Positions 20,027 through 29,935 of a stretch of DNA of 64,000 nucleotides are shown piece by piece. The notes under the pieces are model-generated. The model was not told where the DNA came from and did no database searches. It worked only from the letters and a program-made list of their open reading frames with translations. Source of the DNA: an uncultured Pseudomonadales bacterium (GTDB taxonomy: Bacteria > Patescibacteriota > Microgenomatia > UBA1400 > CAYXSR01). The stretch is taken from NCBI GenBank assembly GCA_964467735.1, contig CAYXSR010000002.1:51885-115884 (forward strand), in the 5' to 3' direction. Numbering within the stretch: the stretch's first letter is position 1; each line of letters starts with the position of its first letter. A program made the position numbers and the translations under genes.

Positions 20027-23000
20027 TTATTCTCCTTTCTCTTTTCCTTAGATCTTTTAATGTTTGTACGCTAGCTAACATTGTAACAGAAATTATTGAT
20101 ACCAGAGAAATAGCAAAACCAATGTTTAATAATCTTTGCGGTTCATATTCAACTACGAGAGTATATTCTTTCTGATTATCAACACACTCAGGTTTAATCA
20201 ACCATTGGTTAGCATAACTGTTGGCCTCAAAATGCATTTCTTCAGGAACAGCTTGTTTTTGACTAATATTAAATAACTCTTTAAATAAAGAAATATTTGT
20301 CTTCTTATATATCTTCCAGTATTTATTATATTTTTGTGAAAAAACCAGCATGTAGGGATTTTGAGCATTTTTTATTTCAACTTCATACTTAGTAGGATTA
20401 ATTTTCTTAAAATGTATTAAGGGTTTATCTTGGTAATCTGTTTCTGATTGTTTGCTTTTTACCATTAATGAAGGAATGTTCATTTTTAGCAAGCGAGCTT
20501 CTATTATTTTAATTTTTCCTTGAAGATGTCTTAAAACTATACTTCCTTTTAAGCTATTTCCATTAGTTTTAAAAAGTAAGGAAAACCTGCCTCCTTTAGA
20601 AACTCTTTCGCTTCTTATTGTCTGTTCTTTTGTCTGCCATTGTCCCTGACTATAATAGTCTATATTTTCTTTTACATAAACTTCAAAAGCAGAATTATCT
20701 TCCATTTCATAATCAAATTCTAAAAGATAAACTTCGGCAGGCGACCAATTACTAATATTTTGAAAGTAAGAATCTGATTCTATCAGCAAAGGATTATTTT
20801 CTTTGGTTTGCAATTCTTCCTCGTCTACCTCATTTCTTTCCATTTCCAAGCTACCGTCAATCAGGATTCGCCAATTGTTGTTATTAATAAGGTTGTTATA
20901 ATTAATACTTATCTCTGGTTTAATGCTTGTTTCTTCTTCAAGATCGATAGTGCCGAGGTCAATTAGACTTTTCTGTTGTAAGGATTCAGAAGCAATCTCT
21001 TTCTCTAATCCATCAATAGAGACTCTTAAATTTTCTATTCCTGAAAAATCCTTTTCCGGCTTTATAAATAGTTCATATTCTCCATTTTCTGGAACTTCTA
21101 GACTATATTCAAGTTTATCTGGATCTACAAGTTTCATCCTCTCCGCAGCTCTTGTGGTTAAATCCTCAAAAATCTTAGACCAATGGATAATTTTGTCATT
21201 ACTCCAACCCTCTTTATTAGCAAGCTCATTAAAGGTATTTTTGTGATAATTCACATAATTAATTGTAAGCTGTAAACCTTCATGCTTATTGTCTAACAAC
21301 TCTGATTGATTAATGACTTCCTCTATTATCTTTTCAAAATCCTTTAAGTTTTTCTGCCACCAGGTATTACTTGTTCCCCACTTTACAATCTCCGCTATCC
21401 TTTTGGCAGCATAAAAATGAATTAAGTCAAATTTTTCTCGAGAGGTTAAATTCTTTTTTAAGGAGCGCTGTTCTTTTGCTCTTATCAAAGGATAAATAAA
21501 CGAATTAGGCTTAATTCTAACGTAGGGATAGGAAACAACACCTTTTACCTCCATATCTAAATCTCTTCTAATAAAATTATTTTTAAGATTGGTTGTAAAG
21601 TTTTTTGGACGGGAAAAAATAAATTTCTGATCAGATATTTTGTTAATAAACTCATCTTTGGCTTTAAGATCACTTTTTGCTTTTATCTGTGGATGAACTA
21701 AGTAAAAAGAGTATTTTTTGTCATCACTAACAAAATCGTTAAAGTTTAATATGTCTGTTGGATTCTCACTGTCAATCTGTATTATTTCGTCTGCAATATA
21801 AAGAGTTGGTAAAAAACAGTTATTATCTATCTCTCTTAGAGTAAAATAATTATTCTCTTGGATAATATTTCCAGAGAAATCCAAATTCTTAACAACTGGC
21901 CCATGAAGACTATCTTTTTCTTGTAATAAATAACCAATGTTAAAAATTTTAGTAAACAGGCAAGCCTTGGTAACAGGTAAGAAATTAATTTGGTTATCTC
22001 CAATAACATCATTCGCATAATTAATCGGTTTATTAACCAACCATTTAATTATTGGTTGTCCGGAATAACCCCATGACTTATTAACATAGCCGTCGCCTAA
22101 TGGAAGACTTAATATTTTCCCTTTGTCATCCTCAAACTTATTTATTGCCTGAGATATTTTAAAATATTCTTCTGGTACTCTATAACCTTTTTCTTCTAGA
22201 CTGCCACCTTGCCAGTTTTCAAGCTTTCTTCCTTGATAAACCGGAGCAAAAACTAAAAAATGGATTAAGCAAAATATTATTAATAAAACTGTTTTTGTTT
22301 TTAAAAAACTCTTAATTGTTAAACCCAGTAAAAAGGTATAAAAAATAACCCCTCCAATAATTAAACTTGAAGTAGTTCTAAAAATTTTGAAGAAAGGTAA
22401 ATGAAATAACAAAAACTTATAAACTTCGCCAAAAGGAGGATTGGAACCTTTTGCCAAAAAAATAAAAAACAATAAGAAAGTTAAAAGAAGATATATTTTT
22501 ATTTTCTTAGATCTTTTTTTAACTAAAAAGGCGTTAAGGATAATTAAGAACCAAAGAAAAAAAGTCCAAATAATGAAAAACGGCGAAGATAAAAATTTAC
22601 CTAAAGAAGTATTCTTATTTATAAGATTTGAATTAAAAAACCGTGAAGTAAAAGGAAGAGAAGCGGAGAATATGTCAGCATTTCCATCATAAACCACCAC
22701 TTCTTTTGAGTAATAGTTGTAAATTCCACCAGGCCCAAAAACGTCTCTAATAAAAGGAATTACTACATAAGCATTAAGTATTATTGTAAGAAGGCCTAAG
22801 ACAACAAGTCTGAAAAAAACCTTTTTAAATTTCACCTGCCTTACCCTTATATAGTAAATTAAGGTAAATATCAGACTGAAGAAAAAAACTATAGAAAATT
22901 TTACTTGCGGAAAGTCAGTAATAAAAGAAATATTAAAAAAATATGAAAAAAGTAAAGCATATATAATTTTTTTCTTATCTATAAATTGAAGAATTAAGAA

Positions 23001-23492
23001 AAGACATATTGGTATACCATATAATGGTACTGTTCCGACAATAACTAAAATCGCGGCTGGATTTAAGAAAAAAAGAATCGCCACCAATAAAGGCCAGTTA
23101 TTATTATTTTTCTTATTATTCGATGGGTGAAGAAGTTTAAATAAGCCAAAACTGGCGAAAAATCCAAGAAGATAAATTACTATAGTGAATATCTTTACCA
23201 TCAAATACGATGGAATTTGTAGCCAAGATAATAACAAGAAAGGCGCTTGCCAAGCTAAAAGTACATAACCAAAAAAACTAAAACCGTTGTTTCCTTCTTC
23301 CCATATAAAAATTGATTTTTTAATATTATTTTGCGGACTTAGAGGATAAATGAAATCACCACCGATATAATAATTCTTATCCCAAATTGAAAATATAAAA
23401 AATCCAAAAATAGAAAAAGTAATTAATAAATAAAAATATTTTAAGCAATTCTCCTTTATATTTTTAATTATTCTTATCACAAAATCATCCAT
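20019..23492 (-). CDS. Large YfhO/AftD-like GT-C protein (1157 aa) with a long extracellular region
   Basis: GGD.IYP loop, AKGSNPPFGEVY, FRT, KILSLP, FKKINPTKY..LVFSQ..W..ANSYANQW..EYEPQR, then a C-terminal TM. Confidence 0.65.
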   Translation of the reverse strand: MDDFVIRIIKNIKENCLKYFYLLITFSIFGFFIFSIWDKNYYIGGDFIYPLSPQNNIKKSIFIWEEGNNGFSFFGYVLLAWQAPFLLLSWLQIPSYLMVKIFTIVIYLLGFFASFGLFKLLHPSNNKKNNNNWPLLVAILFFLNPAAILVIVGTVPLYGIPICLFLILQFIDKKKIIYALLFSYFFNISFITDFPQVKFSIVFFFSLIFTLIYYIRVRQVKFKKVFFRLVVLGLLTIILNAYVVIPFIRDVFGPGGIYNYYSKEVVVYDGNADIFSASLPFTSRFFNSNLINKNTSLGKFLSSPFFIIWTFFLWFLIILNAFLVKKRSKKIKIYLLLTFLLFFIFLAKGSNPPFGEVYKFLLFHLPFFKIFRTTSSLIIGGVIFYTFLLGLTIKSFLKTKTVLLIIFCLIHFLVFAPVYQGRKLENWQGGSLEEKGYRVPEEYFKISQAINKFEDDKGKILSLPLGDGYVNKSWGYSGQPIIKWLVNKPINYANDVIGDNQINFLPVTKACLFTKIFNIGYLLQEKDSLHGPVVKNLDFSGNIIQENNYFTLREIDNNCFLPTLYIADEIIQIDSENPTDILNFNDFVSDDKKYSFYLVHPQIKAKSDLKAKDEFINKISDQKFIFSRPKNFTTNLKNNFIRRDLDMEVKGVVSYPYVRIKPNSFIYPLIRAKEQRSLKKNLTSREKFDLIHFYAAKRIAEIVKWGTSNTWWQKNLKDFEKIIEEVINQSELLDNKHEGLQLTINYVNYHKNTFNELANKEGWSNDKIIHWSKIFEDLTTRAAERMKLVDPDKLEYSLEVPENGEYELFIKPEKDFSGIENLRVSIDGLEKEIASESLQQKSLIDLGTIDLEEETSIKPEISINYNNLINNNNWRILIDGSLEMERNEVDEEELQTKENNPLLIESDSYFQNISNWSPAEVYLLEFDYEMEDNSAFEVYVKENIDYYSQGQWQTKEQTIRSERVSKGGRFSLLFKTNGNSLKGSIVLRHLQGKIKIIEARLLKMNIPSLMVKSKQSETDYQDKPLIHFKKINPTKYEVEIKNAQNPYMLVFSQKYNKYWKIYKKTNISLFKELFNISQKQAVPEEMHFEANSYANQWLIKPECVDNQKEYTLVVEYEPQRLLNIGFAISLVSIISVTMLASVQTLKDLRKRERRINE
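22405..22442. repeat. 38-bp exact direct repeat, copy 1
   Basis: aataacaaaaacttataaacttcgccaaaaggaggatt, identical to 25370-25407. Confidence 0.9.
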
Positions 23493-23496
23493 TTGT

Positions 23497-26415
23497 TTAA
23501 TTCTTTCTATGTGTATTTTTAATTTTAATGACTTTAATAAAGCTAATAATTAGGATTATCAAAACACTAATAAATGATATTGTTATACCCACTATAAACA
23601 GTCTTTGTGGAACATATTCAATAATTAATTTACATTTTTTTCCGTCGCAATTTTTACTTTTCTCTATTATCCAACCATTAGCATAGCCATTAGCTAAAAA
23701 GTGCGAATTTTCTGGCACAGTTTTCTGGTTAAAATTTAATATATCACTTATCGACAAGAATTTATAATTTTGAACTTGCTGACTGACTTTCTTACTTGGA
23801 AATTCTATAGTTTCAAATTGCTTCTGATCAGGTAACTTTTTGTCAGTATAAAATACTTTCCATCGTGAATCAAAACCTTCTGAAAAAACCAAATAAACAG
23901 GAAAATTTAAAGATTCTATCTCAGCAAGATATTTGGTTGGGTTAATCTTTCTAAATATTAATTTGGCTTCATCATCATAATAGCTGTCTTTTTCTGTTTC
24001 TAAAAAGATTTCTGGGATTATTAATTCTTTTAAAGAAACTTTCTTAACAATGTTTTCTGACCCCAAATTATAAATATATATCTTGGCTTTAATAGCATCC
24101 TCATCAGCTTTAATAATTTTAGAATAATTTATTTTACCAGAACCACTAATCTTTTCATTTAGTATAGTAAAGTTTAAATTTTGTTTAATATATCTACCTT
24201 TATGAATAAGTTTTCTTTCATCTATTAGTACTCCTATATAATTATTAAGAGGAGCCTCTATCTCAAGAGAAAGTAGATAAGTTTTCCCTTTATTCCAACC
24301 TTCAAGAGATTGAAACATAACTGAATTACCGACATCAAGACAAGGAGGCTCAAGCTTTGTATAATCATCTCCTTTGCGATTATCAAACCAGTCTTTACTG
24401 ATTATTTCTGGTGAATTATTAATGGCTAATTCTATTTCCGACTCCCCTTCTGTAATCTTTTGCCCGTTTTCAATATCAAATTTAATATCATTTATTTTTA
24501 GACTGTTGATTTTGTCCAAGTCTTTACTTAAGATTTTATATTTGCCATCTTTGGGTATTTTTATTTTGTATTTTAATTCCTGAAATTCTTGTTTGTCCTC
24601 TGGAATAAATTCTGCTTTTGTCACTATTTTATTTGGTTCTATCTCGGCTAAATTATTATAAGTAAGGCTTAACTCTGGATTTCTAAGCAACCTTGATATT
24701 TCGGCAATATCGTTATCATTTCCTCCAAACAAAATCTTTTGTTTTGCCAAGTATAAATGAGGAACAAAACATTCATCGTCCACTTTATTTACCACCAAAT
24801 TTTCTCCTGAGTAAATTGGTTTAGCCGGTAATTTCAAGTCATTAAAATCAAACACATCTAAAGAGTCTTTTTCCTCGATAATATAACTAATATTTTGAAC
24901 TCCTATTTCGGCGCAAATTTCCTGCTTAGAAAAATTCCTCCATTGACTATTTTTTATTTGTTGATCAACAGAACCAAAGGCGCTTCCTATAACTGGTTTA
25001 TCAATCACCCAAGGCATTAATGTACTGCCACTAAAATTCCAATCCTTGTAACTATAACTATCATTGAAAGGTAATGTTAAGATTTTTCCATCAATTTTTT
25101 CTTTTCTTAAAATATCAGCTGTTGCAAAATAGTCTTGTGGAATATCTATTCTTTTTCTAACATTTTTATTATTTAAATATTCAAAGTTTGAATAATCTAA
25201 AAACACAAACCTAAATACAAAAATATGAATGATTAAAAAAAAGTAAAACAGTTTTTTTGACTTACTATAGATAAACTTAAAAACCAACCCCAATAAGATA
25301 CTAAAAAAGAAGCTACATCCTATTAAAATAATCGGGGTGGTTCTAAAAAACCCAAATAGAACGAAATTTAATAACAAAAACTTATAAACTTCGCCAAAAG
25401 GAGGATTTGGTCCCTTGGCCCAAAAAATAAAAAATATTAAAAAAAAAGTTAAAAAATAAAGAAGTTTTTTTTCCTTCTTTTCTTTGGTTTTGTAAATAAC
25501 CCAAAAAATCAATCCCCATAAAAAATAACACCAAAAAAGAAAAACTGGACTCTGTAGGGTTTTGCCCAAAATCGTCACATCGTTAACAAAATTAGAATTA
25601 TAGAAATTGAATACATAAGAAAGGCTGGCAGAGTGAATATCCGCATTTCCACCATAAAGATTTAAAATCTTTCTTTTATTAACATTATTATTACTTAAAA
25701 TAACGTCGTTAATAAATGGCATCAACAAATAAGCATTAAGAAGAATGGTTATTACCAACACTTTAATTAAAGGAAATATTAGTTCCTTGAAATTTATTTT
25801 TCTTAAGTAAGAATAAAGTAAAACAATAAAAAGAAGAGAAAAGCTATAAATTACTAGATACTTTGCCTGAGGTAAATCAGAAAAAGATCCAAAATTAATA
25901 AAGAAAGCGAGAGGAAGAGTATATAAAAAATTTTTTGTATCTAGATACTTAATTAAGAAAAAAATACAGGAAGGAAGAAAATATAGTTGATAAGCTCCTT
26001 TAAGCACGAGAATACTAATAGGGTTTAGAAAAAAGAATAGTCCGCAAATTACAGCTATTTTATTCTCCAAATATTTTTTTTCTTTAAAAAGTTCCCAATA
26101 GGAAAGATAAGTGAAAATGACGCCGATAGATAAAGTCAATATTATAAAAATCTTAATCCCAAAAGCTGGTGAAAATGACAGTCTACTCAAAACATAAAAA
26201 AAAGATTGCCAATTCAAATACATATACTTAAAAAAGCTTTTGCCACTCTCCACCTCTTCCCATAAATAAAGTGACTTATTAATATTTGCTTCTGGGTTTA
26301 GGGGAAAAATCCCATCTCCACTATAGTAATAACCACCCCTTAATATTAAATAAAAATAAATCAGAAATGGAAAAAAAATTAGTAAACCCCAGATTATTTT
26401 ATTTCTTTTATACAT
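23497..26415 (-). CDS. Large YfhO/AftD-like GT-C protein (972 aa), tandem paralog of 20019-23492
   Basis: SGDGIFP, GNADIHSASL, AKGPNPPFGEVY, KILTLP, FRKINPTKY..LVFSEGFDSRW..ANGYANGW..EYVPQR. Confidence 0.65.
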   Translation of the reverse strand: MYKRNKIIWGLLIFFPFLIYFYLILRGGYYYSGDGIFPLNPEANINKSLYLWEEVESGKSFFKYMYLNWQSFFYVLSRLSFSPAFGIKIFIILTLSIGVIFTYLSYWELFKEKKYLENKIAVICGLFFFLNPISILVLKGAYQLYFLPSCIFFLIKYLDTKNFLYTLPLAFFINFGSFSDLPQAKYLVIYSFSLLFIVLLYSYLRKINFKELIFPLIKVLVITILLNAYLLMPFINDVILSNNNVNKRKILNLYGGNADIHSASLSYVFNFYNSNFVNDVTILGKTLQSPVFLFWCYFLWGLIFWVIYKTKEKKEKKLLYFLTFFLIFFIFWAKGPNPPFGEVYKFLLLNFVLFGFFRTTPIILIGCSFFFSILLGLVFKFIYSKSKKLFYFFLIIHIFVFRFVFLDYSNFEYLNNKNVRKRIDIPQDYFATADILRKEKIDGKILTLPFNDSYSYKDWNFSGSTLMPWVIDKPVIGSAFGSVDQQIKNSQWRNFSKQEICAEIGVQNISYIIEEKDSLDVFDFNDLKLPAKPIYSGENLVVNKVDDECFVPHLYLAKQKILFGGNDNDIAEISRLLRNPELSLTYNNLAEIEPNKIVTKAEFIPEDKQEFQELKYKIKIPKDGKYKILSKDLDKINSLKINDIKFDIENGQKITEGESEIELAINNSPEIISKDWFDNRKGDDYTKLEPPCLDVGNSVMFQSLEGWNKGKTYLLSLEIEAPLNNYIGVLIDERKLIHKGRYIKQNLNFTILNEKISGSGKINYSKIIKADEDAIKAKIYIYNLGSENIVKKVSLKELIIPEIFLETEKDSYYDDEAKLIFRKINPTKYLAEIESLNFPVYLVFSEGFDSRWKVFYTDKKLPDQKQFETIEFPSKKVSQQVQNYKFLSISDILNFNQKTVPENSHFLANGYANGWIIEKSKNCDGKKCKLIIEYVPQRLFIVGITISFISVLIILIISFIKVIKIKNTHRKN
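25370..25407. repeat. 38-bp exact direct repeat, copy 2
   Basis: Identical to 22405-22442. Encodes NPPFGEVYKFLL on the minus strand. Confidence 0.9.
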
Positions 26416-27056
26416 AATAATGCTTTGCTAGTTTCCGGTTTGTATAAGCAGTAAGAATAGTTTAATATTTCAGAAACAGCCCCCCAAAAAAACTTAGGTC
26501 TTAAAACAATACTATATTTGTTGTCCCTGAGGAATTTAGGTCCATACAAACCATATACTTGGTAACCTTTATTCCTAAAATCTTTAGTAGTCCATCCGGA
26601 CAAGTGAGTTTCTAGATCTTCGCCGTCTCCAATTTGCGATAGAAATCCATTGGTTGTAAAAATAATAACTTTTTTCTTTGCTAATCTTTCTGCATCTTTA
26701 ACTAACTTAACCCCATCATCCTTTCCCAAATGTTCAATGAGATCAAGACAAATCACCGCATCAAATGACTTTTCTTTAAACTTTTTCCCAATATTCCTGG
26801 CATTCATATACAGAAATTTATTATGCGTCTTATTCTTTTTTGCTTTCTGTAAATTTTTTTTGTATAGATCAATTCCAAATAAATCCTTTCCTTCCAAAAG
26901 AGATAAAGGAGAATTAGCTCCGCAGCCAACGTCTAAAATTGAATGACAATGTTTTAACATTCCATCTAGTCTGTATAAAAAATTGGAAAAAGCAATATTT
27001 GGAAAACAAATCTTAAAATATTTACAACGTAATTTAAACTTTTCTAAAAGGCTCAT
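26394..27056 (-). CDS. Class I SAM-dependent methyltransferase
   Basis: ILDVGCG, GID, SFDAVICLDLIEHL, HLSGW. Confidence 0.88.
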   Translation of the reverse strand: MSLLEKFKLRCKYFKICFPNIAFSNFLYRLDGMLKHCHSILDVGCGANSPLSLLEGKDLFGIDLYKKNLQKAKKNKTHNKFLYMNARNIGKKFKEKSFDAVICLDLIEHLGKDDGVKLVKDAERLAKKKVIIFTTNGFLSQIGDGEDLETHLSGWTTKDFRNKGYQVYGLYGPKFLRDNKYSIVLRPKFFWGAVSEILNYSYCLYKPETSKALLCIKEIK

Positions 27057-27060
27057 TTTT

Positions 27061-27742
27061 TTAATTCTTTCTTTTTTTTCTTTTTTTAGCAGCCACTGCC
27101 ATGACCATCATTGCCCAGCTTGGCTTAATTTTAGCTAAAAAGCCACTAATAAAGAAAGATAAATTAATCGTATTCCCTTCTATTTTTATATTTTTAAAAC
27201 CATTTGCTTTCAATTGTTCTTCGAGGTTTTTCACAGTGTAATATCTGATATGACCTACTGACGGGAACATTGTTAATTCTAACCATGCTTGAATATTCAA
27301 GAAAAGGATTTATACCAAACAACAACCTTCTTCCAATAGAGGTAACATTTGGGGTGGTTATTATTATTTTGCCGTTAGTTTTTAGCAACTGCCAACATTT
27401 CTGTAGAAGTGCATCTGTATCAAAAACATGTTCTAAAATATCTCCTAAAATAATTGCATCAAAACTGTTTTTGGGAAAAGTGATTTTTGATTTTTCAACA
27501 TCAATTCTCTTAACAATCAATCCCTTTTTCTTGGCTATTTTAAGCCTTTTTGAAGAAATATCTATTCCGTAAACTTTGTAACCTTGATTTAAAAGAATTT
27601 CTCCAATAAAACCAATGCCGCAGCCAACATCTAAATTTTTTTTTCCTCTACCAAAGTTTTCTAGTAAAAAAGTTATCTTCTCTGGATAATATCCATATCT
27701 TTCTAGTTTTTGATATTCCTTTTTATTATATACTTTATTCAT
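27061..27742 (-). pseudogene. Class I SAM methyltransferase split by a +1 frameshift near 27263-27265
   Basis: Frame 1 carries LDVGCG..FDAIILGDILEHV..TTPN..NPFLEY and frame 2 continues SVGHIRYYT..L..QL..NGF. Removing one C from GTT CCC GTC gives one 226-aa ORF. Confidence 0.8.
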
Positions 27743-27758
27743 TTGTATTATTTCTATT

Positions 27759-28910
27759 TCAATTAATATTTTTTCCCAATTTGGGAAACATTTCTTTTAT
27801 TTCTTTACGGGCAATCTTGTCCCAATCAAAATTTTTTAAAGTATTATTATATTTTAACGGCTTTTTTAAAAATCTTATAATAAAACAAACTATTTTTTCT
27901 TTTCCTTTTTTCTTAAATGTTTTTAATTGTCCTGTTTTAATAAATTCTCCAAAAACATCGTAGTAAATCGGCAACTCATAAGCGACTACCTGTTTATTGG
28001 CCGCTAAAGCTTCGATTACCACTTGCGGACAATGTTCATCATAACTTAGGAACAAAAAAAGTTTACACTTTGAGTAAATACTTCCTTTCTCCACTCCTTC
28101 TTTATAGCCTAAAATTTTAATATTATTTTTCAAATTATTTTTTTTTATTTGTCGAAATAATTTTCTTTTAATCTCTATGTCTCCATCCCCCATTATACCC
28201 AAGGAAATATTATTAATTCTTCTCTTCAAAAGACCAACTACATCTACCAAGTCAAAAATACCCTTTGCTGGATGAAGTCGTCCAGCAAAAAGTAAATCAC
28301 AACTTGGTGATTTTCTTATAATTGATTTGAAAATACTCGTATCGATTCCATAACGATCTCCAGTTTTAATTACTTTAATTCCTTTTCGCTTATAATACTC
28401 TTTTAAAGTGTCGGACACTAAAAAAATCGCACTGGTTTTTCTTAATAAGATATTACCTAGTCTAAATCCTAAAAAAGATAAAGTTTTTAAAATTAAATTT
28501 CCCGGATTTTTAAAGGGATTTGATACTAGATTATCAATTACCACGTAAATTTTAAGATTTTTGTTAAATAACTTACCAATCCAAGGCAGTATTAGAAAAT
28601 CAATTGTTCCCGACATACAATAAACTTTTTCAAATTTACTTAAGTTTCTAAACCATACTGGCCATGCTTTAAAGTGTAAAAGAATTGTTGACCAAACAAC
28701 ATCACGTTGAAATTTAATTTTATGTTTAAAAGGAACCACAATAAAATCAATATTTTTTAATTTCTCTGAGTAATATTTCTTTCCTTCCAAATTGGTAAAA
28801 AAAGTAAGTTTTAATTTTTTCCAAAATCTTATTTTGGCAATAAAAGGTTCCCGGTTAACCCCTTTTGTGTAATTAATGTCAAATATTAGTAATTTATTTT
28901 TTACTGTCAT
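27759..28910 (-). CDS. GT4 glycosyltransferase
   Basis: FAGRLHPAKG and an EX7E motif (EHCPQVVIE). Paralog of 29935-31071. Confidence 0.85.
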   Translation of the reverse strand: MTVKNKLLIFDINYTKGVNREPFIAKIRFWKKLKLTFFTNLEGKKYYSEKLKNIDFIVVPFKHKIKFQRDVVWSTILLHFKAWPVWFRNLSKFEKVYCMSGTIDFLILPWIGKLFNKNLKIYVVIDNLVSNPFKNPGNLILKTLSFLGFRLGNILLRKTSAIFLVSDTLKEYYKRKGIKVIKTGDRYGIDTSIFKSIIRKSPSCDLLFAGRLHPAKGIFDLVDVVGLLKRRINNISLGIMGDGDIEIKRKLFRQIKKNNLKNNIKILGYKEGVEKGSIYSKCKLFLFLSYDEHCPQVVIEALAANKQVVAYELPIYYDVFGEFIKTGQLKTFKKKGKEKIVCFIIRFLKKPLKYNNTLKNFDWDKIARKEIKEMFPKLGKNIN

Positions 28911-29935
28911 TCAAATGTTGGTATTTTGATTTTTAGAAAAGCATTTAGTTTTCCGCTGCCAAAATATAATTTCTTAAAAATCTCCCAATCATTTACTTTT
29001 CTTCGACTCTGAACCCAAGATCTCTTTTTTAAAGTTGATCTAAAACACAATATATTCCACCACCAAGCAGCTAAATATTGATAAGAAACTTTCCGCCTAT
29101 TAAATATAAAAAAAATAATAATTTCTACTAAGTTAATCAGCAAGTAAATAGGCAAAAGCCATACAAGAGTAAACAAAGAGTAGTTTTTTATAAAATTCCT
29201 TATTGTATTACGCTCTCCCAAATAACGCCTTAGGTAAGTAGTGGCATATTTTGGACCTTTGATGATTCCTCCTTTTAAAGATCCTCCGCTAAAATGATAA
29301 ATAACAGCCTGGGGTACATTAAGTAAAGGAATTTTAAAAAGATGCGCTTTCCATGATAAATCTACATCATCGGCAAACATAAAAAGAGCTTCATCAAATC
29401 TTCCAATTTTATTAAAAGTTTTGTGCGGAATAAAGATGGCTGCCCCATCGCAATAAAACATTCTTTTTGTTGCGAGTGAATTATCATCGTTGTAAAGCTT
29501 AAAAGGAAATTGAAAAATATCAGTACAAATACCATCAAATAAATACTCTCCTCTTTCGTAACGTTTTTGTCTTCCTACCAAAATAAAATTTTTTCTTCTT
29601 GTTTGTTTTGCTGTTTTTAAAAAGTCTTTTAAACAATTATTATCCAAATAAGTATCTGGTCCTAAAAAAAATAAATACTCGCCCTCTGCGATTTTTGATC
29701 CCAAATTGTTTCCGCCAGCATACCCAATATTAAAGTCTGATTCGATTAATTTTATTTTTAGCTTTTTTTTAAAAGATTTAATAATTTCTTTTGTTATAGT
29801 AAGGCTTTTTTTATTGGACTTGGAATCAATCAGAATAATTTCTAGCTTTTTTACTTTTTGACAAATTATTGACTGTAGATATCTTTTCAAAAATCTATCC
29901 GAGTTGTAGCAAACAGTAATTATGGAAACTTTCAT
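28907..29935 (-). CDS. GT2 glycosyltransferase
   Basis: VSIITVCYN, NIGYAGGNN, GRFDEALFMFADDVDLSW. Confidence 0.88.
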   Translation of the reverse strand: MKVSIITVCYNSDRFLKRYLQSIICQKVKKLEIILIDSKSNKKSLTITKEIIKSFKKKLKIKLIESDFNIGYAGGNNLGSKIAEGEYLFFLGPDTYLDNNCLKDFLKTAKQTRRKNFILVGRQKRYERGEYLFDGICTDIFQFPFKLYNDDNSLATKRMFYCDGAAIFIPHKTFNKIGRFDEALFMFADDVDLSWKAHLFKIPLLNVPQAVIYHFSGGSLKGGIIKGPKYATTYLRRYLGERNTIRNFIKNYSLFTLVWLLPIYLLINLVEIIIFFIFNRRKVSYQYLAAWWWNILCFRSTLKKRSWVQSRRKVNDWEIFKKLYFGSGKLNAFLKIKIPTFE

